DNA of 64,000 nucleotides. It comes from a bacterium (GTDB taxonomy: Bacteria; Bacillota; Clostridia; Oscillospirales; Oscillospiraceae). Below the pieces are notes generated by a model. The model had not been told where the DNA came from. It saw nothing but the letters and a program-made list of their open reading frames with translations, and did no database searches. Numbering within the stretch: the stretch's first letter is position 1; each line of letters opens with the position of its first letter. Where the stretch lies: the NCBI GenBank assembly GCA_963613665.1, contig CAVEAL010000008.1, positions 14,943 through 78,942 of the forward strand, in the 5' to 3' direction. Shown here in pieces: positions 35,830 through 46,326 of this stretch. Position numbers and translations under genes: made by a program.

Positions 35830-37261
35830 ACACGAATTTTACGAAAATCCCCTCTGCGGGAGATATGCCGGAGAAGAGATGCAGCGCCTTTTCTCCGATG
35901 ACTTCAAGTTTTCAACATGGCGCAGGCTGTGGATAGCCCTTGCCGAGAGTGAGAAGGAGCTCGGGCTTGATATAAGCGATGCGCAGATAGAGCAGATGAA
36001 GGCGCATGTTGACGATATCGACTATGAATCGGCCGCGCGTCACGAGCACGAGGTGCGCCACGACGTTATGGCGCATGTGCTCACCTTCGGCGAGTGCTGT
36101 CCGGATGCAAAGCCGATAATACATCTGGGCGCCACGAGCTGCTACGTCGGCGACAACACGGATATCATCCGTATGCGCGCGGCGCTCGTTCTTGTGCGGC
36201 GCAAGCTCATAAACGCGATCGCCGCGCTGCGTGACTTCGCCGGAAAGTACAAGAGCGTGCCGACGCTTGCGTACACGCATTTTCAGGCAGCCCAGCCGAC
36301 TACCGTCGGCAAGCGCGCGACGCTCTGGGCGTATGACCTCATTAACGATCTTGAGCAGCTTGACTGTCAGCTCGGCAGACTGGAGCTTTTGGGCTGCAAG
36401 GGCACGACCGGCACCGGCGCGAGCTTCCTTGAGCTTTTTGACGGCGATGAGGCGAAGGTCACGGAGCTTGAAAGGCTGATAGCCGCAAAAATGGGCTTTG
36501 AGCGCTGCGCACCGGTCAGCGGGCAGACCTATTCGCGCAAGGTGGATTTTTACGTTTTGCAGGTGCTGTCCGGCATCGCGCAGAGCGCGTCAAAGTTTTC
36601 AAGCGATGTGCGGCTGCTGTCGCACCTCAAGGAGGTCGATGAGCCGTTTGAGTCAAAGCAGATAGGCTCCTCGGCGATGGCCTACAAGCGTAATCCCATG
36701 AGATCCGAGCGCATAGCCTCGCTTTCGCGCTTTGTCATGAGCGATCTTCAGAATGCGGCCTTCACAGCCTCAAGCCAGTGGCTCGAGCGCACGCTTGACG
36801 ACTCGGCAAACCGCCGCCTGAGTATCCCTGAGGCTTTTCTGGCAATCGACGGCATACTTAATCTCTATATAAACGTCGCATCCGGAATGACGGTATACCC
36901 CGCAGTGTGCAGAAAGCATCTGGATGAGGAGCTGCCGTTCATGGCCAGCGAAAATATCCTCATGTACTGCGTAAAGCACAAGGGCGGTGACAGGCAGGAG
37001 CTGCACGAGCGCATCCGCGTCCACTCGGTCGCGGCGGCGCAGGAGGTAAAGCTTCGCGGCGGTGAGAACGATCTTCTCGGACGCATTATGGCTGACCCGG
37101 CCTTCGGACTTGCGGAGGATGAGCTCACGGCGCTCTGCGATGCGCACGGCTTCACCGGCATGGCCGAGCATCAGACCGAAAAATTTATAAAAGAGTATCT
37201 TGATCCCGTCATCGACGCGAACAGAGAAGAGCTGGGCGTCGAGGCGAACGTAAATGTATAA
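35822..37261 (+). CDS. purB: adenylosuccinate lyase
   Basis: 479 aa with the fumarate-lyase signature GSSAMAYKRNPMRSE. Confidence 0.9.
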   Translation: MSKHEFYENPLCGRYAGEEMQRLFSDDFKFSTWRRLWIALAESEKELGLDISDAQIEQMKAHVDDIDYESAARHEHEVRHDVMAHVLTFGECCPDAKPIIHLGATSCYVGDNTDIIRMRAALVLVRRKLINAIAALRDFAGKYKSVPTLAYTHFQAAQPTTVGKRATLWAYDLINDLEQLDCQLGRLELLGCKGTTGTGASFLELFDGDEAKVTELERLIAAKMGFERCAPVSGQTYSRKVDFYVLQVLSGIAQSASKFSSDVRLLSHLKEVDEPFESKQIGSSAMAYKRNPMRSERIASLSRFVMSDLQNAAFTASSQWLERTLDDSANRRLSIPEAFLAIDGILNLYINVASGMTVYPAVCRKHLDEELPFMASENILMYCVKHKGGDRQELHERIRVHSVAAAQEVKLRGGENDLLGRIMADPAFGLAEDELTALCDAHGFTGMAEHQTEKFIKEYLDPVIDANREELGVEANVNV

Positions 37262-37274
37262 AGGAGCGTAAACA

Positions 37275-38552
37275 ATGTTAACAGCAATCGTTGGAACCAA
37301 CTGGGGCGATGAGGGCAAGGGCCGCATGGTCGATCTGCTCTCTGAAAAATATGATATAGTTGTCCGCTATCAGGGCGGCAACAACGCCGGTCACACCGTC
37401 GTTAACGACAATGGCAGGTTTATCCTGAACTTGCTGCCCTCCGGCATACTGCGCGACGACACCGTCAATGTCCTCGGCGCGGGAATAGTCATCGACCTTG
37501 AGCATCTGTTTAACGAGACCGCGCGCCTGCGCGAGGGCGGCATTGCGATAAGCCCCGCAAACCTCAAGATAAGCGACCGCGCGACGATCTGCATGCCCTA
37601 CCATAAGCTTCTTGACGGATTGGAGGAGGACAGGCTCGGCGATAAGAAGTTCGGCTCGACCCGCCGCGGCATTTCTCCCGTTTACGCAGATAAGTACATG
37701 AAAAAGGCCCTGCGCATGGGCGATCTTAAAAACCTCGACCACCTGCGCGAACGCGTCGCCGGCATCGTCGAGTGGAAAAACCTCACCGTCGCCGGCGGCT
37801 ACGGCCACGAGCCGATCGACGTTGACGAGATCATGGCGTGGCTCGAGAAATTCGGCAAGCCCTTTGAGGAGTATGTCTGCGATACGACCGTGTACCTCAG
37901 CGAGGCCGTAAACAGCGGCAAGTCCGTAATGTTTGAGGCTCAGCTCGGCGCACTGCGCGATATAGACTTCGGCATCTACCCCTACACATCAGCTTCCACC
38001 ACTCTGGCATCCTACGCGCCCATCGGCTCCGGCGTTCCGCAGCTCAAGCTCGATGAGAGCATCGGCATCATGAAGGCGTATTCCAGCTGCGTCGGCGAGG
38101 GCCCGTTCACCTGCGAGATGTCCGGCGACGAGGCTCACGCACTGCGTGAGGCAGGCGGCGAGTACGGCGCGGCAACGGGACGTCCCCGCAGAGTCGGCGG
38201 CTTTGATGTCGTCGCGTCGCGCTACGGCACCCGGATGCAGGGCTGCACCTGCATCGCCCTGACCAAGCTCGACGTTATGAGCTATATGGATAAGATCCCC
38301 GTCTGCGTTGCCTATGAGCTCGACGGCAAGCGAATTGAAAACTTCCCCGGCAACATCGAGGAGCTCGAGCGCGCAAAGCCCGTTTACGAGTATCTTGAGG
38401 GCTTCAAGTGCGACATCTCCGCCTGCCGCAGGCCTGAGGATCTGCCCAAGGCCGCCCTCGACTATGTCAAATATATCGAGAAGGCCGTCGGCTGCCCGAT
38501 CAAATACGTTTCAGTCAGCGCCGAGCGCGATGGCTGCATCGAAATGTTTTAA
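37275..38552 (+). CDS. purA: adenylosuccinate synthetase
   Basis: [16 protein letters not shown]-loop, [29 protein letters not shown]. Confidence 0.95.
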   Translation: MLTAIVGTNWGDEGKGRMVDLLSEKYDIVVRYQGGNNAGHTVVNDNGRFILNLLPSGILRDDTVNVLGAGIVIDLEHLFNETARLREGGIAISPANLKISDRATICMPYHKLLDGLEEDRLGDKKFGSTRRGISPVYADKYMKKALRMGDLKNLDHLRERVAGIVEWKNLTVAGGYGHEPIDVDEIMAWLEKFGKPFEEYVCDTTVYLSEAVNSGKSVMFEAQLGALRDIDFGIYPYTSASTTLASYAPIGSGVPQLKLDESIGIMKAYSSCVGEGPFTCEMSGDEAHALREAGGEYGAATGRPRRVGGFDVVASRYGTRMQGCTCIALTKLDVMSYMDKIPVCVAYELDGKRIENFPGNIEELERAKPVYEYLEGFKCDISACRRPEDLPKAALDYVKYIEKAVGCPIKYVSVSAERDGCIEMF

Positions 38553-38566
38553 CAGGAGGAACGGGA

Positions 38567-40108
38567 ATGCAGAATCAGCGTGTACTTGTTCTGGACTTCG
38601 GCGGTCAGTATAATCAGCTCATCGCCCGCAGAGTCCGCGAATGCAATGTCTACTGCGAGGTAAAGCCCCACAGCATGAGCATTGACGAGATAAAGTCATA
38701 CGATCCCATCGGCATCATCTTCACCGGCGGCCCGCAGAGCGTTTACGCTGCCGGCTCACCGCAGGTAGACCCGGAGATATTCAGGCTCGGCATCCCCGTG
38801 CTGGGCATCTGCTACGGCTGCCAGCTCATGGCTCACTACCTCGGCGGCGAGGTGACCGCCGCACAGTCAGATACCGCACGCGAGTACGGCAAAACTCCGA
38901 CATTCTTCGACACAGGCTGCCGCCTGTTCAAGGGCCTGCCGGAGGAGAGCGTCACATGGATGAGCCACGGCGACTACATGGCCAAGGTACCGGAGAGCTT
39001 CCGCCTTGTCGCACACAGTGCCGCCTGTCCGACCGTCGGCATCTGTGACGAAGCGCGCGGCTTTTACGGCGTGCAGTTCCACCCAGAGGTGAACCACACC
39101 GAATACGGTCAGAAAATGCTGCACAACTTCCTGTATGAGATATGCGGTGCAAAGGGCGACTGGACGATGGGCGACTATATGCGCGCGTCGATCGAATCCA
39201 TCCGCGCCAAGGTCGGCGACGGGAAGGTGCTGCTCGCACTTTCCGGCGGCGTCGATTCTTCCGTCGCTGCGGCCCTGCTCGCTGAGGCGGTAGGCAGCCA
39301 GCTCACCTGCATTTTCGTCGATCACGGCCTCATGCGCAAGGATGAGGGAGACGAGGTCGAGGCCGCGTTCAAAAACTGGGATATAAATTTCATCCGCGTG
39401 AATGCGCAGGAGCGCTTTCTCGGCCGCCTCGCGGGCGTTTCCGAGCCCGAGGCAAAGCGCAAGATAATAGGCGAGGAGTTCATCCGCGTTTTTGAGGATG
39501 AGGGCAAGAAAATAGGCTCTGTCGATTACCTCGCACAGGGCACGATCTACCCCGATGTCATCGAGTCCGGGACGAATGTCGCGGCGGTGATAAAGAGCCA
39601 TCACAACGTCGGCGGTCTGCCCGACTTTGTCGATTTCAAGGAGATCATCGAGCCGCTGCGCCTGCTGTTCAAGGACGAGGTGCGCGCTCTCGGCCGCGAG
39701 CTTGGCCTGCCCGAGTATCTTGTTATGCGTCAGCCCTTCCCGGGCCCCGGCCTTGCCATCCGCGTCATCGGCGATATCACGAAGGAGAAACTCGATATCC
39801 TGCGCGAGGCTGACTTCATCTTCCGTGACGAGATCGCAAAGGCGCATCTTGAGAGCACGATGAACCAGTATTTTGCGGTGCTTACGAGCATGCGTTCGGT
39901 CGGCGTGATGGGCGACGGCAGGACCTATGACTACACCCTCGCTCTGCGCTCCGTGACCACGACCGACTTCATGACCGCCGACTGGGCGCGTATCCCCTAT
40001 GACGTGCTCGACAAAGTCTCCGTGCGCATCGTAAACGAGGTCAAGGGCATAAACCGCATCGTCTATGATATAACCTCCAAACCCCCCGCAACTATAGAGT
40101 GGGAATGA
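38567..40108 (+). CDS. guaA: glutamine-hydrolysing GMP synthase
   Basis: GATase ([12 protein letters not shown]), ATP-PPase SGGVDSSV, and the conserved C-terminal ...PPATIEWE. Confidence 0.95.
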   Translation: MQNQRVLVLDFGGQYNQLIARRVRECNVYCEVKPHSMSIDEIKSYDPIGIIFTGGPQSVYAAGSPQVDPEIFRLGIPVLGICYGCQLMAHYLGGEVTAAQSDTAREYGKTPTFFDTGCRLFKGLPEESVTWMSHGDYMAKVPESFRLVAHSAACPTVGICDEARGFYGVQFHPEVNHTEYGQKMLHNFLYEICGAKGDWTMGDYMRASIESIRAKVGDGKVLLALSGGVDSSVAAALLAEAVGSQLTCIFVDHGLMRKDEGDEVEAAFKNWDINFIRVNAQERFLGRLAGVSEPEAKRKIIGEEFIRVFEDEGKKIGSVDYLAQGTIYPDVIESGTNVAAVIKSHHNVGGLPDFVDFKEIIEPLRLLFKDEVRALGRELGLPEYLVMRQPFPGPGLAIRVIGDITKEKLDILREADFIFRDEIAKAHLESTMNQYFAVLTSMRSVGVMGDGRTYDYTLALRSVTTTDFMTADWARIPYDVLDKVSVRIVNEVKGINRIVYDITSKPPATIEWE

Positions 40109-40329
40109 GAAAAAGGTGAACATGAGGGGCTGCAAAGCCTTGAAAACACGCACTTTTTGAAAATCTCATTTCCCGTTTGATAGCAAAATGATAGCAGATA
40201 CCCAAACTGTTTTGTTTATTCTTGTTTCAAGGGACAAGCGGTTTGCAGGTTGAGCTATTACCAATCCTATATTGAGAGCGAAAAAGGCTCTGCTGACTTT
40301 CTGTAAAAGAAAGCCGGCAGAGCCTTTTG

Positions 40330-40860
40330 TTATTTTTCCGTGTGTTCTTTGAGGTCGGCAAGGAGCAAATCGCTCAATTCCTGCGACGGCGCGATCTTAT
40401 GCCACTGACCGGAGGTGTCGTACTTCGGATAGTGATAGCGCCAGCGGTCGTATTCTTCTTTGGTGATCTCGCCTGCTTTCAGCTTGGCGGCGACTGCGCC
40501 CCATGCGGCAAGCATCCTGTGAAGCGCTGCTGCGTCGCGTCCCTTATGAATATGGACGCGCAGATGCACCTCGTCATCACACTTGCAGACCTCAAGCCCA
40601 TACCGGTCTTCCAGAGTGAACAGCGTGTGCATCAGTCCGGTATAGGAGTCAATGTCCGGTACGTCCAACGCCTTGGGCGAAACGTCAAGCACCTGTGCCA
40701 GCGCAGCGGTCACGTCCGCTTTGGGCGTTCTGGAGCCATTCTCGTACTGCGCAAGGCGGACATCTGCGGATTTCTCCGGGAAGCCCAGTGCCATGCCAAG
40801 GTATTTCTGTGTCATGCCCCGCATCGTGCGGAAAAAGTGGATGCGTTCACCAATCGCCAT
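40330..40860 (-). CDS. XRE-family HTH transcriptional regulator (element repressor candidate)
   Basis: IGERIHFFRTMRGMTQKYLGMALG... is a classic Cro/C1 HTH. Start taken at the second ATG (9 nt after AGGAG). Confidence 0.75.
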   Translation of the reverse strand: MAIGERIHFFRTMRGMTQKYLGMALGFPEKSADVRLAQYENGSRTPKADVTAALAQVLDVSPKALDVPDIDSYTGLMHTLFTLEDRYGLEVCKCDDEVHLRVHIHKGRDAAALHRMLAAWGAVAAKLKAGEITKEEYDRWRYHYPKYDTSGQWHKIAPSQELSDLLLADLKEHTEK

Positions 40861-40880
40861 AATAGCCATCTCCTGTGTCG

Positions 40881-40925
40881 GTTATCTTTGATAACGAGTA
40901 TAGCAGATATGTTTAATTTCGTCAA
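40881..40925 (-). promoter_or_regulatory. promoter of the XRE gene with palindromic operator
   Basis: Minus strand reads TTGACG-17-TATACT (40897-40925), followed by the perfect palindrome GTTATC-AAA-GATAAC (40881-40895). Confidence 0.55.
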
Positions 40926-40999
40926 GAAAAATCTAAGCAAATTTATTTAATATTTTCCTGCAAACCGGCTTGACTTAAACGAATGTGTATAGTAAAACG

Positions 41000-41395
41000 A
41001 CTTCAAGCTAAGCTAATATGTTTAGAATCCGCTGTTGGGGTAACAGCTTAATCCCGAGCAGCGGACAGACCCTTTGAAACACGAATAGCTCCTCCGAATA
41101 ACGACCTCTCTGTATATGGGTAACACCTGAGCCGCAAGGAAGCGCGTAAGCGCCGCACCAAAATACCGGATAGTTCCCGGTCAGGCCACGACAGCAGAGA
41201 GCGGATACTCCCCACCAGCTACAGTCCGAGCGTGATAGCAACCGTCGCAGGCAATAGGGTGAGAGGCTTCGTAAGTCAATCGGAGATTGAAAAATGAGCG
41301 CCGGGTAACTACCAGCGGTTCGGAGGAGCAGAAAAACCTTACGAAGAAGTGCGGGGGTAGTCTGTACTTCTTCGTAAAACCAAAAATGAAGAAAG
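41000..41395 (+). ncRNA. ORF-free, GC-rich, hairpin-dense region (candidate structured RNA or attP-arm/regulatory DNA)
   Basis: No credible ORF. GNRA-capped hairpins gcgcGTAAgcgc (41142-41153) and ccGCAAgg (41132-41139). Perfect 12-bp stem ttacgaagaagt/acttcttcgtaa (41339-41377). Strand is uncertain. Confidence 0.3.
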
Positions 41396-41403
41396 GATAT
41401 TTT

Positions 41404-41619
41404 ATGGCAAGAGAAATTTTTATGAGAGTGAACGAAGTTGCGGAAGAGCTTGGCGTATCGGTTCCGTATGCGTATAAGCTCATCCGCGAGCTGAACGGAG
41501 AACTGCGAAAGACCGGCTGCATCACCATTGCAGGCAGGATCGACCGCAAGTTCTTCCATGAGAAGTTCTACGGGACAAGAGAACAGCAGGAAAGGAAGGA
41601 ATCCAATGGCGGCGTTTAA
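41404..41619 (+). CDS. excisionase-like/MerR-type HTH DNA-binding protein
   Basis: MAREIFMRVNEVAEELGVSVPYAYKLIRELN. Sits immediately upstream of the integrase and overlaps it. Confidence 0.6.
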   Translation: MAREIFMRVNEVAEELGVSVPYAYKLIRELNGELRKTGCITIAGRIDRKFFHEKFYGTREQQERKESNGGV

Positions 41620-42679
41620 GGATAAGAAAAACGGTTCGTGGTATGTGCAGTTCCGCTATACCGACTGGCGCGGCGAGCGCCAGCAAAAATTGAAGCGCGG
41701 CTTTGCCACAAAAAAAGAGGCGCAGGCGTGGGAACGCGAGTTTCTGATGCAGAAGCAGGCTGACATCAATATGAGCTTCGAGAGCTTTGTGGCGCTTTAC
41801 GAAAAGGACGTCAAACCCAAGCTGAAGCTCAACACATGGCTCAGCAAGGAGCATATCATCCGCACAAAGATTCTGCCGTATTTCAAGAAGCGCAAGCTCT
41901 CGGAGATCACCGCCCGTGATGTGATCGACTGGCAGAATGAGATACGGCAGCACACCAAATCAAGCGGCGAAACCTATTCCCCGGACTATCTCAAGAACGT
42001 CCATACGCAACTGAGCTGTATTTTCAACCACGCCATCAAGTATTACGGTTTGCAGATCAATCCCGCCGCAAAGGCCGGGAATATGGGCAGCGAGCAGCCG
42101 AAGGAAATGCTGTTCTGGACGAAGGAAGAATACCTCAAATTCATCGATGCCATGATGGACAAGCCCATGCTGTACTACGCCTTTGAAATTCTGTACTGGT
42201 GCGGCATCCGCGAGGGTGAGCTGCTGGCGCTGACGCCTGCGGACTTTGATTTTGAGAAGAAAACGCTCCGCATCAATAAATCCTATCAGCGGTTGCAGGG
42301 AAAAGACGTTATTACTACGCCGAAAACAAAGAAAAGCAACCGCGTAATCCAGATGCCAGGCTTCCTCTGTAACGAGATGCAGGACTATTTCAAGCAGCTT
42401 TACGGGCTGGAACCGGACAGCCGCATCTTTCCATTAACCAAGCACACCTTGAAGCGCGGCATGGAGTTCGGATGCAAGGCATCGGGCGTCAAGGTCATCA
42501 GAATCCACGATTTGAGACACAGCCACGTTTCCTTACTTATTAACATGGGCTATTCCGCCGTTGCCATCGGCAATCGCGTGGGACACGAGAGCGTGGAGAT
42601 TACCTACCGGTACGCACATCTGTTCCCTACCGTGCAGAAGGAAATGGCAGATAAATTGAACGTCGAAAGGAGCAATTAA
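41606..42679 (+). CDS. int: tyrosine site-specific integrase with N-terminal arm-binding-type domain
   Basis: KDKKNGSWYVQFRYTDWRGERQQKLKRGFATKKEAQAWEREF (Tn916-Int-like N-domain), RIHDLRHSHVSLL (HxxR), GHESVEITYRYAHL (catalytic Tyr). Confidence 0.9.
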   Translation: MAAFKDKKNGSWYVQFRYTDWRGERQQKLKRGFATKKEAQAWEREFLMQKQADINMSFESFVALYEKDVKPKLKLNTWLSKEHIIRTKILPYFKKRKLSEITARDVIDWQNEIRQHTKSSGETYSPDYLKNVHTQLSCIFNHAIKYYGLQINPAAKAGNMGSEQPKEMLFWTKEEYLKFIDAMMDKPMLYYAFEILYWCGIREGELLALTPADFDFEKKTLRINKSYQRLQGKDVITTPKTKKSNRVIQMPGFLCNEMQDYFKQLYGLEPDSRIFPLTKHTLKRGMEFGCKASGVKVIRIHDLRHSHVSLLINMGYSAVAIGNRVGHESVEITYRYAHLFPTVQKEMADKLNVERSN

Positions 42680-42680
42680 A

Positions 42681-43016
42681 ATGTCACTGAAAAACCGAGA
42701 CAATCACAACCGCTGGCGCAATAAGACCGTTGCTTTCCGGGTCTCCCCGGAGGAAGACGCACAAATTGAAACCTTTGTCAAGCTCTCCGGGCTGACCAAA
42801 CAGGACTATATCACCCGCCGCCTGACTTGCAGGGATGTGGTGGTACAGGGCAATCCGAGGGTCTATAAGGCGCTACGCGACCAGCTTGCCGCCGTGCTGG
42901 ACGAACTGCGGCGCATGGAGGCAGGCAGCAACGTGAACGATGAGCTGCTGGACGTGATTGAAATGATTGCAGCCATCATGGACGGCATGAAGGAGGAAAA
43001 TGCCTGTGGAGAATGA
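42681..43016 (+). CDS. MobC-like ribbon-helix-helix relaxosome accessory protein
   Basis: KTVAFRVSPEEDAQIETFVKLSGLTKQDYITRRL is the typical RHH pattern of mobilisation accessory proteins. Confidence 0.55.
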   Translation: MSLKNRDNHNRWRNKTVAFRVSPEEDAQIETFVKLSGLTKQDYITRRLTCRDVVVQGNPRVYKALRDQLAAVLDELRRMEAGSNVNDELLDVIEMIAAIMDGMKEENACGE

Positions 43017-44178
43017 AATTTGCAAAAAGAAAACGACCGCCCCGGACACATCTGTTGGCGCAGATGATGGGCAGCCGCTTCACAATTCAACTGAGAACAG
43101 TATATCCGCTTTTGATGAAAAAATCAACGGTGATTTTCAAAACAGTGAGGAAAGTCTGGACGAAATCTACCGCAGGATGCAGAGGTTGACCGACCCGCAT
43201 TACCTGCGCACGATCTCCATGACCGAGCTGTACCAGACCGCGTATCAGAGCAGGCCGCCGATCATCGACGGCTTGCTCTACGCGGGCGCGTATATCCTGG
43301 CAGGTGCGCCGAAGATCGGTAAGTCGTTTCTGGTGGCGCAGATCGCCTATCATGTCAGCACGGGCGAAGCTCTGTGGGGTTACGAAGTCCATCCCGGTAC
43401 GGTGTTGTACCTTGCCTTGGAGGATGATTTTCAGCGTATCCAGAGCCGAATGTTTATGATGTACGGCGTCAACGACACCGACCGGTTGCACTTTGCAACC
43501 GCTGCGGGCAAGATTGAAAACGGGTTAGACGAACAGCTTGAGAATTTCGTGCGGGAGCATCCTGACACCAGACTCATTATCATCGACACCATGCAGAAAA
43601 TCCGGGAAGTCGGCGGCGAGGCATACAGCTATGCCAGCGATTATGAGATCATCGGTCGGCTCAAGCAGTTTGCCGACAAACACTGTATCTGCGTCTTAAC
43701 CGTCCATCACACACGCAAGCAGCCTTCCGGTGACAGCTTTGAGATGATCTCTGGAACAACGGGACTGCTCGGCTGCGCGGACGGTTCGCTGCTTATGCAG
43801 AAGAAAAAGCGCACGGCGCTGGAGGCAACCATCGACGTGGTGGGACGTGACCAGCAGGATCAGATTCTCTATCTAAAAAAGGATGTCGACACACAAATCT
43901 GGAATCTTGAAAAGGTGGAGAACGAGCTGCACAAAGAGCCGCCCGATCATGTTCTGGAATCCGTTTCAAGGCTGGTATCCGCAGATCAACCGGTATGGAC
44001 AGGCTCCCCCTCCAAGCTTGCCGATGCCGTCCATGTCGGCATGGCGGCTAATGCGCTGAGCAAGTATCTGAATGTGAAGTCTGGCAGACTTCTGGCCGAA
44101 TACCACGTCCGCTATGAGAACAAAGTCCGGCACGAAGGGCGGCGTATCACACTGACCTTCGTAACCGCAAACGAATAA
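43000..44178 (+). CDS. RecA-fold AAA_25/RepA-like ATPase (replication/primase-associated helicase-like)
   Basis: ILAGAPKIGKSFLVAQIA Walker A, LYLALEDD, LIIIDTMQKI Walker B, LTVHHTRK. Confidence 0.7.
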   Translation: MPVENEICKKKTTAPDTSVGADDGQPLHNSTENSISAFDEKINGDFQNSEESLDEIYRRMQRLTDPHYLRTISMTELYQTAYQSRPPIIDGLLYAGAYILAGAPKIGKSFLVAQIAYHVSTGEALWGYEVHPGTVLYLALEDDFQRIQSRMFMMYGVNDTDRLHFATAAGKIENGLDEQLENFVREHPDTRLIIIDTMQKIREVGGEAYSYASDYEIIGRLKQFADKHCICVLTVHHTRKQPSGDSFEMISGTTGLLGCADGSLLMQKKKRTALEATIDVVGRDQQDQILYLKKDVDTQIWNLEKVENELHKEPPDHVLESVSRLVSADQPVWTGSPSKLADAVHVGMAANALSKYLNVKSGRLLAEYHVRYENKVRHEGRRITLTFVTANE

Positions 44179-44182
44179 GCTG

Positions 44183-44256
44183 TGCGACGGCTGCGACGGT
44201 TGCAACGGTGAAAATGATACCGTCAAAACAGCCGTCGCAATCGTTGCGACCGTCGC
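44183..44256. repeat. iteron-like array of GCGACGG/GCAACGG heptamers in both orientations
   Basis: tGCGACGGctGCGACGGttGCAACGGtgaaaatgataCCGTCaaaacagCCGTCGCaatCGTTGCgaCCGTCGCg. Confidence 0.7.
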
Positions 44257-44274
44257 GGAAAGGAGCAAAACAGA

Positions 44275-44529
44275 ATGAAAACCGTACAAATCCCCTATGA
44301 TCTTTTTCTCGACCTCGCCATGTACCATCTGCGGGGCGAGGATGATTACGAAGAAGAAATCCGTCATGGGTTGGAGCAGAAGCTCGATGCCATGCTGAAC
44401 CGGCAGCTCTATTCCCGGTACAAAACGGCGCCGACCGAGGAAGAACGGGAGCAGGCGCGGCAGGAATATCTTGACCGGCGCGGCGTTCTGCAGAGCTATC
44501 GCTGGACTATTCCTCCGTGGGAACTGTGA
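44275..44529 (+). CDS. hypothetical element protein
   Basis: 84 aa, MKTVQIPYDLFLDLAMYHLRGEDD.... Good ribosome-binding site (AAAGGAG). Followed by the perfect hairpin acaggagcgtg-c-cacgctcctgt. Confidence 0.5.
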   Translation: MKTVQIPYDLFLDLAMYHLRGEDDYEEEIRHGLEQKLDAMLNRQLYSRYKTAPTEEEREQARQEYLDRRGVLQSYRWTIPPWEL

Positions 44530-44771
44530 CAGGAGCGTGCCACGCTCCTGTTGCTGGCAGACAAGGCAGAGCATTGGCTGCTGTCCCCTCGTGTCCCCCC
44601 GTCCCCATCGAAAAAACCAGATGGATGTGGGCAGAAGATTATGCGCAGCGGACGCCTGCAAATAAGCTGCTGCCCACGCCGGTTTTTAAGGTTTGTATAA
44701 ACACTGCAAACCGCAAAACCGGCAGAGGCATCCGCAGATGCCGCATTCCCCCGCATCCCCCCTCGGGAGAG

Positions 44772-44814
44772 CCCACGATACTTTGCAGCCGCAGAATGAA
44801 AGTATCATAGTGGG
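44772..44814 (+). promoter_or_regulatory. candidate oriT inverted repeat upstream of the relaxase gene
   Basis: cccacgatacttt-N14-aaagtatcatagtggg lies about 80 nt upstream of the MobV start. A second small inverted repeat, cacttc-cgca-gaagtg, lies just downstream. Confidence 0.3.
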
Positions 44815-44891
44815 TTATTACACTTCCGCAGAAGTGCTACCCCGAAAACCGCCCCGTCCTGTACAATCTGAAATCAGGAGGTAAACTGCCT

Positions 44892-46154
44892 ATGGCAAGA
44901 GGCGACGGTATTCACCGTACCAGCGCAAGAAACGCAAAAATGAAAGACACAGACATCGACAACGCGCAGGCGCACAACGAGCGCGAAAAATCGTCGTATG
45001 TCAATCAGGACATTGTTCCTGAACGGACAAAATACAATGTCCACTTCAAAACACCAACCGCCGGGTACATGGAGATGTTTGAACAGATGCGCTCTGACGG
45101 CGTGATCTCAACACGCGGTCTGAAAGCGGATGCCGAGAAATTCGGAGAGCTGATCTTCGACGTCAACTCCGCGTACTTCTTCAACCACGGCGGCTATAAG
45201 TTTGCAAAACAATTTTACACCGATGCGTACAAAGCTGCAATCAAAATTGTCGGTGGAGAACAGTACATCCTTTCGGCGGTCATGCACGCCGATGAGCGCA
45301 ACCGTGCCATGTCCGACGCGCTGGGGCAGGACGTGTATCACTATCACCTTCATGTGGTCTATATCCCAGTCGTGGAGAAGCAAATTCTGTGGTCTAAACG
45401 CTGTAAGGATGAATCGCTTCGCGGCACGGTCAAGGAAACGATTCAACAGGTCAGCATGAGCAAGAAGTGGATTTCCAAGCCCGCGCTGGACGAAAACGGC
45501 GAGCCGATCTTGAGTACAAAGGGCAAGCCTGTTCTCAAAAAATCCTACAGCGTTTTGCAGGATGACTTCTTCCAGTATATGCGCGACGCCGGGTACGACG
45601 ATGTAGAGCGCGGCGAACGCGGCAGCTCCGAAGAACATCTGACGGTCACGCAGTTCAAGGTGCAGCAGGAACAGGCGCGGCTGGCAGAACTCACGGAGCA
45701 GAATCACCAGCAGGAGCAGCAGGCAGTGGCGCTCGGTAAGCAGATCGAGAAAATCCAGAATCAGCAGGTTGATGTGGCAGCCATTGAAAAGATTGAAGCG
45801 AAGTCCATTCCCTTCTCTACCAAGGTTATATTGGAGCGTTCTGAATACGAATCGCTGGCAACGGCAGCGAAGAAGTACGCTGCGTCAGAGAAAAAGGAAT
45901 CCAAGTTGCAAAGGGCTCTGGATGCAGCGAACAGGCTGATTGCAAAGCTGAAAGCAGAAATTGCCAGTTTAAAGCAGGAGCTTTCCGAGTACAAATCCGT
46001 TCGCAGCAAGCTCCGCACGTCGGATCTGGAATGTGAAAACGCAGAGCTTCGCAGAAAAGTTCAACACTATGAGGACGTGATCCAGCGCAATAACCTCTGG
46101 CATTTCTTTCGTCCGCGCAGAGAAAAAGCAGTGATGCGGGACAATGCCCGCTGA
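44892..46154 (+). CDS. mob: MobV-family relaxase (Mob_Pre/plasmid recombination enzyme)
   Basis: AHNEREK, VMHADERN and HYHLHVVYIPV (HxDE / HxH metal motifs), plus a long coiled-coil C-terminus. Confidence 0.8.
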   Translation: MARGDGIHRTSARNAKMKDTDIDNAQAHNEREKSSYVNQDIVPERTKYNVHFKTPTAGYMEMFEQMRSDGVISTRGLKADAEKFGELIFDVNSAYFFNHGGYKFAKQFYTDAYKAAIKIVGGEQYILSAVMHADERNRAMSDALGQDVYHYHLHVVYIPVVEKQILWSKRCKDESLRGTVKETIQQVSMSKKWISKPALDENGEPILSTKGKPVLKKSYSVLQDDFFQYMRDAGYDDVERGERGSSEEHLTVTQFKVQQEQARLAELTEQNHQQEQQAVALGKQIEKIQNQQVDVAAIEKIEAKSIPFSTKVILERSEYESLATAAKKYAASEKKESKLQRALDAANRLIAKLKAEIASLKQELSEYKSVRSKLRTSDLECENAELRRKVQHYEDVIQRNNLWHFFRPRREKAVMRDNAR

Positions 46155-46326
46155 TGCCGTGTTGAGCCGAGAAAAACAAATTTTATCAAATGGGAGCGTC
46201 CGGATTGAGCAGCGTATCGTCCGGGCGCTCCCCGTTCAAAAATCACTCTGCTTTTGCAGGTGTAGAGCTGACAAAAAATCCTGAAAATGCGCCTGTTTTC
46301 ACAGAACAGGCAGAAATGGAGGCAAT

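Noticed and set aside
41008-41559. 183-aa and 122-aa minus-strand ORFs, and the N-terminal 39 codons of the 41287 ORF.
   Set aside because: They run antisense through the xis-like gene and the hairpin-rich region. They have no ribosome-binding site and their composition is odd. The xis-like start at 41404 has a proper ribosome-binding site.
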